Positions 53,601 to 64,000 of a stretch of DNA of 64,000 nt are shown piece by piece. The stretch is taken from positions 248,001 through 312,000 of the forward strand of contig NW_026861872.1 in NCBI RefSeq assembly GCF_026571515.1, in the 5' to 3' direction. Below the pieces are notes generated by a model, which saw only the letters and a program-made list of their open reading frames with translations, did not search any database and had not been told where the DNA came from. This DNA is from Ruditapes philippinarum. Taxonomy: Eukaryota. The position numbers were made by a program, and so were the translations under genes. Position 1 is the stretch's first letter, and each line of letters opens with the position of its first letter.

Positions 53601-54472
53601 AAATGTGACAACAATTAATGTTGTCCACTGGGAGCATATCTGTGCCAATGCGGGATGCATCTGCATCTTTCTTAGGTCTATATCTGGTAATATGGGGCTA
53701 GTCCGAGGTGTCTGGCTCTGGAATTTGTTTATAAAATGAAATGGTTTCTGATTTATAACCGAAATGAATGGTTTATCGCTTGGAAATAAGTAATGCTATC
53801 ATCTGAAGAGGTGTTGTGTAACGGATGAGTATACACCCACCTTCTTTATTAACGGTGTGATGTCTGAGTCCACTGCGTCCGGGGATATTTACTCAGAGGT
53901 CTAGGTGTAGAACGCTTTTATATCGTTTGTAAGCCCATGTTCCCAGCCAAGGCATTTTTTTAAAATGCATTTACATCTTTCTATGATGAACTATATATTT
54001 TTGTAGGACTAACAATATATGTGTAGTACGCTAACTAATGAAAATCAGCAACATATATAAATCTACATTATCTTATCTACCATTTTCTACATGCATACAC
54101 AATCGTTAATAAGAACATAAAATACCCAATACAAAATATGAAAACATATTTTGATGAAATATTGCTTACCAAAAAAGGCTTGATAATTGCTATAGAAACC
54201 AATTTTCTCAGTTTGTTGTATTGTGCCTCTGCTTCTATACCGACACGCTTTGTATAGTACCAACTTTTAGATTGCAAAGAATCTGCAGTTGCTTCTAAAA
54301 ACTTAGTTATTTTACTCTCATCAACGTATGTTTCGTGTTTTAATGGTTTAACGTACTTCCAAACATGCTGCCATTCACCAGAAGCTAGATAAACCAGATC
54401 CACAGTAATAAGATGGTATCTCTCGGTGAAAACATACAGAAATACCATATCCAACGCAGTCTTTTCCGCCAT
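50613..54472 (-). CDS. Mieap/SPATA18-type C-terminal-domain protein, paralogue A (~381 aa)
   Basis: Exons 54170-54472, 53377-53591, 52953-53115, 52652-52726, 51430-51516 and 50613-50915 join into an open frame (phases 0,2,0,0,0). Motifs: SPKEIVEELASVFKTDWRAAF, VSYEQVCWPIAESQL, YTAKCIEISWFMCVQNPPMVF, YIVWPAVRLFKHGKVLEKG. Confidence 0.8.
51546..51781. mobile_element. Palindromic MITE, copy 2 (opposite orientation), in an intron of paralogue A
   Basis: Same arms as copy 1; the central spacer is the reverse complement of that in copy 1. Confidence 0.9.
51945..52650. repeat. Degenerate ~33-36-bp intronic minisatellite in two blocks (~51945-52095 and ~52460-52650)
   Basis: Units like ATTTGATCCACTCAATGTATTGATTTATGCACCTAT. 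Confidence 0.7.
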
Positions 54473-56743
54473 TTTGAATTTATCAAAATAATTACTCGTT
54501 TACTTACGACAATTATTAGTAAACAAAAGTAAAATCAATCAATTTTTAAAAATCAATCGATTTGTTCATTACTTTAATTTTAACATGTAAGACTTGATAA
54601 GAGTGAAAATAGATCGGGCGACATACACTTAATACAAACGAAAGAAATACTTTCGACAAGGCTCATTTAACATTGTACATTGTATTAAGATATTTCTCAA
54701 CCATTTTCTTATTGATATAATGTTTAAGTCATTGTTCTGGTTATTGACAATTGTTAATTTTTAAAACGCCTCTTGTTACAGATTAGCAGCAGTACAGAAA
54801 ATGGTCAATTAATTTAAATGGACTTGCAGGCTTGCTTTGTGACATACATGTATTATAATATAATATGATATTACATAATATTACGAGGTTTGTCCGAGAT
54901 TTTCGGAGAGAGTCTGCTTTTTGAAATTGCTATCATCTCTTTAAAGATATATTTATAATCAATTAGTTTTGATAATATTGTGATAAATGTCATACAATAT
55001 GATCCGGTTATCAGAAAATAAGCGTTAACATAATCATAGCAACACGTTTCCAACCCGTTCACAATAAAAACAAAAACGTGCATATATCTACGTTTAACAC
55101 GGCTTATCGTTGATTTTCGTAGAAATACATTTAACATTTATAGATCTGCATACAAAGTACTAACATCACTGTCTGAAACCCGGTGCACAAAAACTGAACT
55201 TACGTCATTTATAAATGACGTCGCCTACGCACCTACTATGCGTAGTATCGGCCAGTGCGAACACACTTTCTGTTAAAGTGGCGTGCGACTCATTTGTTAC
55301 ATGTCTCAATATAAAAGTCTTTACCAAATGTAGACACGATCTTCTTTGTTTCCGACATCAACTCCCCCCCCACACTGCTGAGTTGAATGTCCCCCGCAAA
55401 CGGGACTTCATTTACGGGAACAAACCATGTGAATATCAAGTTTTGTAATGCCTTAGAAAAATCATCAACAGAAACGCTAAAATAACCAAACAAAGCAAAG
55501 CAAAAGGGGAGAAGGGAGAGAAACTGAAGGAAAAGTACTGATGGTCACATTAGAATTATAACAAAACTATTTAGACGACAATATTTTTAAATTAAAGTAG
55601 ACCATCCGCATAAAACGATCTTTTTGTAAACTTATATCTTATAAGTAAAAACTGCTTACTAAAATACACATTTGGTTTTAGTGTTTCAAAAATGCAATAA
55701 TGTAATTGAATAATTTGTTTCGTATATCAGGTCTTCGCTTAGAAAGTTCCGCAAAATCTCATGAATGACGAGATTAAAAGTTTTAAGAGGCGGCAAACAG
55801 TACTCGTATAATCACAAAATGAGTGAAATTTGGTATGATATAATGCACTAATTGGTAACAAGGCATGAAGATACTTGATTAATTTGTCGCTATTATGCAA
55901 TTCGTTTAAATTATATGCTGACGTGGAGGCCACTAGTGAATGTGTTGATTTGTAGTGATAGCAAAATGAGCAGGATTTTGTAACCGTTTACTCTTTTAAT
56001 GTTCTAATTTTTGAATTATATTAAGATGTTATTGCACTTGTTGACTATATAAACGAATAGTTCATAGAAAAGTATGAATTCAGTCTTCAAATTTCTGTGA
56101 GAACGCTCGTATTTCATATGAATCAAAGCAGTAATAATAGATGTGTAGGTTACTTGAAAAAATGGTAGATTATTACTTTGCTCAACGTTCTATATAACTC
56201 AAATGCCGATTTAATCAAATATAACTAGTGGCTAAACATGTCTTTGTGTATGTCTAAAAGTTAACCATCAATTTGTATAAGCTAAATGATTTCCTTTAAT
56301 ATAAACGATAACGTTGAAATAGTGCTAAAACATCTATTTACATGACATATGAGACGCTATTTTTCTCCGCTCCTGCACACTTTAGAGCATTGTACAGCGT
56401 TCAAGATATAACTGCATATTACACTATTATTAGACATAACAATTAAATTTTGTTAACTATGATTTCCGGCAATTTGACAATTCAAATGGTGACATGAAAC
56501 ACAGAAAGGGCATAACGTCATCTAATGAATATACAACTAATATGTGATGTCAGGAGCCATTTCCACTTCTTGACTTATAAAATACAATTTAAAATGTGAT
56601 AAGATAGTCATGTGCCTTTTTAGATATTTTAGTATTATAACAATGGTTTATAACTCACACTGGCGAGAACAGAAACATTACATAAAGTGTTCTACAAGAA
56701 CATAAGATTAAAACTTTCTGAAAACAAAAGCAGACGTTATATA

Positions 56744-56746
<3 letters not shown>

Positions 56747-56779
<33 letters not shown>
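56747..56779. repeat. (CAA)11 microsatellite
   Basis: Direct read; lies ~250 bp downstream of the paralogue B stop codon. Confidence 0.95.
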
Positions 56780-57031
56780 GCGACCAGAATACACTATCAG
56801 CAAAAAGCACAAATATTTAAATATCATTCTCCTCCGCCGTTCTCAAAAATGTTATATCTGTTCTATTTCAGTAAAATGTTATATAGATGGTTGTCCGTTC
56901 AATTTTAGTAAAATGTTATATTGATGTTTGTCAATTCCACTTGGAATCAACTATATATAAATTGTTATCTTACTTCAAATTTGTTATCAATTTAGTAAAA
57001 ACTGTGATTATAAGAGTTACTTCTATGGTCA

Positions 57032-60000
57032 CTATCTGAATTCGGCTATACCCTGTGCAACAACTGCATCATGTTTAGAACGCCTTATTGCAGGCCACAC
57101 AATATAGTGTATACAATGGCCTTCATTCTTGTATGGCTTAAATATTTCTAAAAGATCTTCAAGCAACATAGGTCTTGAATCATAGTCAAACACCATCGGT
57201 GGACTTCGCGTGAGCATGAACCACGACAGTTCCACACACTTGGCCGAGTATAGATTGACGACATTTTCATCGTCCATTCCATTATGGTACACAATGCTGT
57301 GTTCCTTCTGTAGCTCCTTTAGATGTCGTGACAAAAATTCCTAAAACATATACAGCATACATGAATTTTCTGTTATCATTTATTCAGTTTCGAAAATAAT
57401 CATTACTCTAAAATGAGAATCGTTTGTCAAGGTCCAGACGATTCTGTTTTTCAAAGTTCGATATGTATAAAATGAGTATAAAGAAATAATGGCATATAGT
57501 TTCATGTTAGAACAAGAAATTAACACTATAGAAGAACAAGAAATTAACACTATAGAAGTAGTTTACGAGCCATTCACATCAATTTACTGTAAAAGAAAAA
57601 AGTAAAACACTTTTTCTGTTGTGTAAATTATTCATAAAGTACTAAGTTTGGGTGAAGATTTTCTTCAGGAACGTGTACTAGAAATCATAATAATATTTTA
57701 CCGTCTTTAATTTCTGTAATTTCTCCTGAATTGATACTGTATCATCTGTTAAAGCTACCGTCGTCTCAATAGCTTTTCTCACATCACTTGCTGATATCTG
57801 TTTTACATACATGTATAGGCATAATTATTTTTAGAGCATTAATCACAATATTCATACTATTTTAAACATTTCTATTTCAGAGATACAAGAAACAACGAAT
57901 TATGATATATATTATGATACATCTGCCTGTGTTAGAGAAATAAAGTGAGATAAGTATTATAGACAAACCAACCATGATGACGACTGATTGAAGATATGTC
58001 TTTTTTATCACAAACTGGCAATTTAATTTGTAAATGAAATTATTGTTAATATAACTTTTCTATAGAAAGTTATTTGATATAACATGTTAGAAGAATGATA
58101 CAATTCTGCCAGTTTATCATTATTGAATACTAAGTAAAACTAATGATCTTCATGAATTGTGCAGAGTAATAAACATTTCCATCTATATTCATACTTTAAT
58201 GCTCAATATTATTAATAAATAAGTCTACCTTCAGAATTTCACCGAGGAAGTCAATGGTGTTTTTAATGCCATTAGAAGGTTTGCATCCAGTCAGTGCCGT
58301 GTAAGCATGATTCCAGTCTGTGTCATATACATGATTTAGCTCTGTTATTATTTCATCTTGTTTGCATTTGAAGCTTATACGAGTCATCTGCTCCCTTACT
58401 CTGAAATAGATTTTATTTTTATATTTCAATTCTACGCAAAATTCTGTTATGTTGATCAATTCTGGATAACATGTGTCTGCGGATTACAAGATCTTACGTG
58501 TTGTACATAGCTAAATGTGAAAAATGAATAAGGACCTACATGTTTCATCAGAACTTCAAATGCATAAATATGATTGACAGCTATTAAAGGTTTATAACTA
58601 AAAGCTGCTGAAATAATATTGACGAGTTAACAATGTCATGGAAAATGTGAACGATACTTACATCTTTGTAGATTCTATTGTGTAAGGCATGTCGTCTTCT
58701 CTATTGTCAGTTTTCTCTTTGCTTTTACTATCATTTTCCAATTTCACTCCTGTTGATGCATTAAGTTCTTGCGCATTGGTACTACCACTGTGTTTCTCTG
58801 AAATTTCGTTCGCGACGAAATCATTTTCATCTTTCTGTCCTTTAGTATCTTTACTTTCATTTGTTTCTTTGTCTGGTTCTGCCAATTTAAAGCCAGATTC
58901 GTCAGTATGACTAGCTGTATCTGCAGTCTTATCTTCTTGATTTATCTCTTTAAAAATATCATTATTGTCTGACGCACCTTTATTTTTATTTTCTTTTTGG
59001 AATTTACTGTCGCTACCATCGCCATCTTCTCTGTTAAAAATATTTCTATCTGATTTATTCAAAACTATATTTTCTTTGTCTTTTGCTTGACTATGCTCAG
59101 TGTTATCATCATTTTCTAAACTTTTAGGACAATCTGTTTCTGATGAGTCTGATTTATGATTCACAGACTTAGGTCCGCATCGACTGGAAGTTTCGTCTGA
59201 ATCATCTCTTTTACTTTTGTTATTTTTAACGTTCCCTTTGTCTTTTTTAGCCTCGATAGTTTTTCCATCGCCAGGTTTTGAATTCATATTTGCCGATTCC
59301 GTCTCATTGCTTTTAATTTTATTTGCGGTTGGCTTATCCTTTAATTCTTCTGCCTTCTCTTTCTTTAAAGCCGTTTTCTTTTCACTGTGCTCATTTTCAA
59401 CATGCCCTCCTGCATGATTAGTCAAAGGATTTTGTTTATTTATCTGTTTGTTTCGAAAGTTTTGTTTACGAATACCATTAGTGGTGGAAGCAGTAGCATG
59501 TTTTTTTTCTCGTTTTGTTGCCGAGCATTTGCCATGGTGTGCATCTTCTATGAATAGTGAAACCTGCAAATGATTTATATGTGATACTTTTTACCTCTTT
59601 ACAAGATTTGCAATCTATATATTACTCTGAGAATTATTTTGTTTTTGAGTTTCATTTCTATTTTATATTCTTTCAGCAAATGAATTTTCTCATTTAAATC
59701 CAAAATGCCTTCATCTAACATTAGTTATTTTTATACATGGGTTAGATGTATACAGTTTATAGCTAATAACTTACTTTAAAGTCATCAAGAAATGATGGTC
59801 GGATATAGCGCCTAATGTGTCTGTATTCATTATCAGCCTGCAAACAGATTCTGATCGCCGCACTCCAAGTACCATTTTCTAAACCGTCCTGAACTGCATC
59901 TAGGAAATTCGTAATTTTCTTTACATCCACACGTGCTAGATCCCGCAACTTTTTTACGAGATTCCATACATTGCGAAACTCATTTGACGCATTGAATAAT

Positions 60001-60077
60001 ATATCTTGGTTGATATTATTTGCATGATTGCTTTCTATACTATGAAATAAATATTCCATGCACGTTTCATTCTCCAT
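57032..60077 (-). CDS. Mieap/SPATA18-type C-terminal-domain protein, paralogue B (~593 aa, long K/E/N/D/S-rich linker)
   Basis: Exons 59775-60077, 58662-59563, 58229-58400, 57702-57797 and 57032-57340 join in frame. Motifs: ELNHVYDTDWNHAY, YSAKCVELSWFMLTRSPPMVF, YIVWPAIRRSKHDAVVAQGIA. One small phase-0 exon may be unrecognised. Confidence 0.8.
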
Positions 60078-61367
60078 GACTACAGCAATAATTTCAGTCT
60101 AAATTTTTTATGAAAAAATCTATTATTCAATCTACATTTCATAAAGAACTCTTGATTTTACCAAACGACCTAGATTGCATGCGTTTGATTCAACTAAAGT
60201 TATGTAGACTTTTTGCTTACTTGCAATTTAATCAGGTAATTAGATAGCTTATTTTGATATACTCTGACCTTTTAAATGGTTTAATAACAGACTTACTTCA
60301 CAGTTATTGCTAAAAGACAATGCCTTAGACTGCATTCTAGTCTTTAGTGGAGTCAAGTTACGTTTTTAAAAATACGAGTATTATGCGTACTCGTTTTGTC
60401 AAGTTAAGTCAAAGTAGATTTGATTGATTTTCAGACAGTTGATTTATAATAAGAAACTCTATATAACCAAGGTCATCGTCGTTTAACAAATGTCACATCG
60501 ACTCAGGTAAGATGTTTAAGGCACATTGTATAAGAATATATTGTATCTTTTCTACAACTCGTGCTCGTGAACTCAAAGAGGTGACTCTCTCTTTTATAAG
60601 ATGGACCCTGTCGATTTCTTGTTTATAAAACTGTGCCACTGTCGGATACAGTGTTCTTATAAAACCACCAAGTGACTGTATAACCAGCTGAAGTGCTATT
60701 TTGTTTTGGGTTAATCAGGGCCGGGTTATATATATTTTTTTCTCTTTCCATTGCCAATTATCAGCCTTTCTCTGTGTCTCAAACACTGGTTATGCCACCT
60801 TTTGATAACTTAGAAATGACCCAACTGTGGCAGCCTTAACAATAACTCAATGACAGACTTTAAGTATTGCTTCTTTTGACTTTAATCGAGTAAATTAAGT
60901 ATCTACCTATTACAAACATTTAAAGGTGTGAAGATGATGTATGACACTGACTTCTGATATGTAGGTACAGAAAATACCGATGATCTGAACATATCTATAA
61001 CTTTTATTTCGATTACGCATGTATAAATACAACAAATTAATTATGAAGAATGCTTGTTTAGAACGAAAAGATTGATAAAGTGGTATAACATATGCGTCTT
61101 GAAAATCGACGTTTTTTGCACAATTGTACTTAGTGACGAACACTTAGAAATATTCGCCATGCAATAATAGTCGTAATGTTACAAAGGTACAATTTGTCAA
61201 GATAGAATGGGTAAATTATATATGTATTTTTCCATAAAGTATAAAACAAATTCTTTTTCAGACTGTTACTAAGCATTTTCAATTAAGTTACAAAAATATA
61301 CGATTAATAAAATATCACATTTTCATTAAATGTTATAATACACTCGACATTCTCGTGACATATATCC

Positions 61368-64000
61368 TTATTCGCCTTGAGCGATTCCTTTGCATAAAAC
61401 AGGTCCATCCTTGTAAAGTCTCAACACTGGCCATATTAAGTACCTAATGAAACGTCCAGATTTGGAGAAAGGTTTATATAAACTATGGTCAAAGTCAATA
61501 TTAGTGGTAGGGTCAAAATTGTCAAAATGTAAAGGTGGATCTTGTATCGCCATTCTCCACGTGAAAACAACACACTGGCGACTGTAGTTGTCTACGTTGT
61601 CATCCTTTCTCACGCCGTACCGCCTGTGTATCACTGGTAACGTCTTTAATAGGAAGGTCTGAAAAAGGATAAAGATAAAATGACCACACATACAAACAGG
61701 CTTTTAATCTTTTATATCTCTCATGTATTTTAAACACAAACCACAATGAATGATTGTAATATGATAAGTTATTACATGAAACTTTTAAACATGGACCAAC
61801 TTTATTATCGCATTTCAATATTGTTTTACCAAATGGAGTTATAGCGAACAGTGATTGATAGATGTCTGTAATGTTGTTGGTTGAAATATGTGGTTTGATA
61901 ACGATATTTTAGTACTCACATCTTGTAACCGTTTTACTGACAGGTCAGATATTTCTTTTCGATACTGCAACATGTGTTTTCTGTTTCCAGTTTTGTTGAA
62001 AACATCTTTATCAAACTGTAAATTAATTATTAACGGATAATCTTCTACATGATAATCATGATCATCATGATTTTTCGTAACTTTCATCAATGAAAGACAT
62101 TAATCTTTTTTTTTAATATCGGTATAAAATTTTTATACATTACTTTTAAGAAAACAATGAAACAATATTTACATGTATATCGTTTTTAAATAAAATAAAA
62201 ACAATAAAAGACAAAGATTTTTATCCGCATGCACACGCTCGCCTAGAAATACACACTTAAATATTTATCCTTTTTGGTTCTACCTTAAAATATCAACGAA
62301 ATAAAGAATTGCTATCGTTTGCCTCAGTGAATAAAGGGGGATAATCTAATTGGAAAGACAGCAAAAATTCTACAATGGCTGTATAAATTATGAGTAAGTC
62401 AATTAAACCTTTGTGTATTTCCCATCTGAAACTATGTTGAGCACAGCATGTTCAAACTGTAATATTTGTCCTTCTGCCTCATCTAAACATTCTTTATAGG
62501 CTTCCTAAACAATAGAAATGAGCCACGCCATGACAAAACCCACATAACTGTATCATAAAATATTAAAGAGAAATGAAATTATTAGACGTAACGATACCGA
62601 TTTTTATATAACTATATGGTGAAAATTTAAAGAGAAATGAAATTATTAGACATAACGATAACGATGTTTATATAAATGTATGGTAAAAATAAAAAAGAGA
62701 AATGAAATTATTAGACATAACGATACCGATGTTTATATAACTGTATCATAAAATATTAAAGAGAAATGAAATTATTAGACATAGCGATACCGATGTTTAT
62801 ATAACTGCATGATAAAAATAAAAAAAAGAGAAATGAAATTATTATAAATTACTATACCACTAGAATGTAAAGTAAACATTCAATAGCCGTTTCTTCTATC
62901 ACAGCTGCACGTTTTATTGCCGTTAAGGCTTGCTGCCATTCATTATCGTACAAAGACTGATATGCCTCAACAATTCGTGAAGGTCGATTCGGATCAAATC
63001 TGTATGAATTAGCGTTGTTCTCATCACTATCATATTTCCTTTAAAATAATTGAATAAGAAAATAAATCTAAAAAGAGAATTAGACAATATAAAATATAAA
63101 AATGAGCATCTAACAAATATACTGCAATTTGGATTAAGAATCTTTTTTTAACCGCCTTTAAAATTCAATGTTAAGTATAAATTATGCCTACTCATATACT
63201 CATGTACTACATATTTGAATACTACATATCGTTTTCATATGTGATAATAATGTGATAGATTTCCGATCTAAATATCGGACGCATGTATAGTATAAATACT
63301 CCGGGAAAAGGAGTTAGATTATACGCTTATAAGTTTTGCAAATAAAAAGTTAAAACAACCTTATGTTTTTACCGTTCGGTTGCTGATTCAAGAGCTTCCT
63401 GTAGAGTTTTAGGTTTTTCATGAATCTGACTTGAATAGCTGCCTGGATATGCACTAGGATGCCGATTGGTAAGTGATTTATTGAGAAAAGTTGTCTTTTT
63501 GTCCGGGCCTTGCTCGTCGTCACCAGTTGTGTCTGATCTCCTTCCCACATGTCGCATTGAAATGGGCGATTGTAAAGTGTTTGACATTACGTTCTCTTTC
63601 AATATTGATACTTTTGAAGAGCCTGTCTCTGTTTTTCCTGCTTGGATATCCTGGTCTTGAAAAAGGTACCTATCTGGAGAACCTTCACTCCATGGCAGCG
63701 CAAGTTGACTACTTTCAATTACTTCTTTTTGTTTCCCATGTATTTGTGCATATCCTAATTTCTGTCAAGATATAAAAAAGACGTTACACAGTTTTTTGTG
63801 CCTCCTTTCAAACAAAGAATCATAGCTTTTTCTGAATGCAAATAAGAAATATATGAAAATATTATTGCAGTAAACATACATTATTATTCATTGATTTATT
63901 CATATGCATACCTGACTATGTCCTTGTAATTTCGTCCTGTTATTCATATATTCCTGGTATGCTTTCTGTGCACCATTTAGCTGATTTCTGGCCTGATGCC
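61368..64000 (-). CDS. Mieap/SPATA18-type C-terminal-domain protein, paralogue C (5' end beyond window)
   Basis: Exons 63912->64000, 63373-63761, 62858-63038, 62433(or 62409)-62504, 61920-62015 and 61368-61658. Typical family motifs DPNRPSRIVEAYQSLYDNEW, EAYKECLDEAEGQ, CVVFTWRMAIQDPPLHF, YLIWPVLRLYKDGPVLCKGIAQ. Confidence 0.85.
62545..62845. repeat. ~63-bp tandem repeat (~5 copies) preceded by a 30-bp MITE terminus
   Basis: AAAGAGAAATGAAATTATTAGACATAACGATACCGATGTTTATATAACTG repeated; TGAGCCACGCCATGACAAAACCCACATAA at 62519-62547. Confidence 0.85.

Overview
AT-rich, intron-containing animal genomic DNA. The repeat families present (palindromic TGAGCCG...CGGCTCA MITE, satellite-carrying Helentron-associated elements, tRNA-derived SINEs) suggest a bivalve mollusc; this is inference. 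(1) A CBP/p300 (CREBBP-family) histone acetyltransferase gene lies on the minus strand at about 9367-38300. I traced 26 exons with consistent GT-AG boundaries and reading frame (TAZ1, KIX, bromodomain, RING/PHD, HAT, ZZ, TAZ2, NCBD). A 27th, first exon is recognisable but garbled, and a YY1/ETS/CCAAT promoter lies at about 38.65-38.9 kb. (2) A ~6 kb array of a 36-bp minisatellite grades into a (CAT)n microsatellite just upstream of that promoter. (3) A degenerate minimal type I hammerhead ribozyme motif of the Penelope-like-element kind sits at about 49.86 kb. (4) A head-to-tail cluster of three divergent minus-strand paralogues occupies 50.6-64 kb, with the third running off the window. Each combines a ~100-aa helical N-terminal domain I do not recognise, a hypervariable low-complexity linker exon, and a Mieap/SPATA18-type C-terminal domain, with shared intron phases. 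This cluster is the best candidate for an undescribed system. All exon models were derived by eye; no database searches were run.
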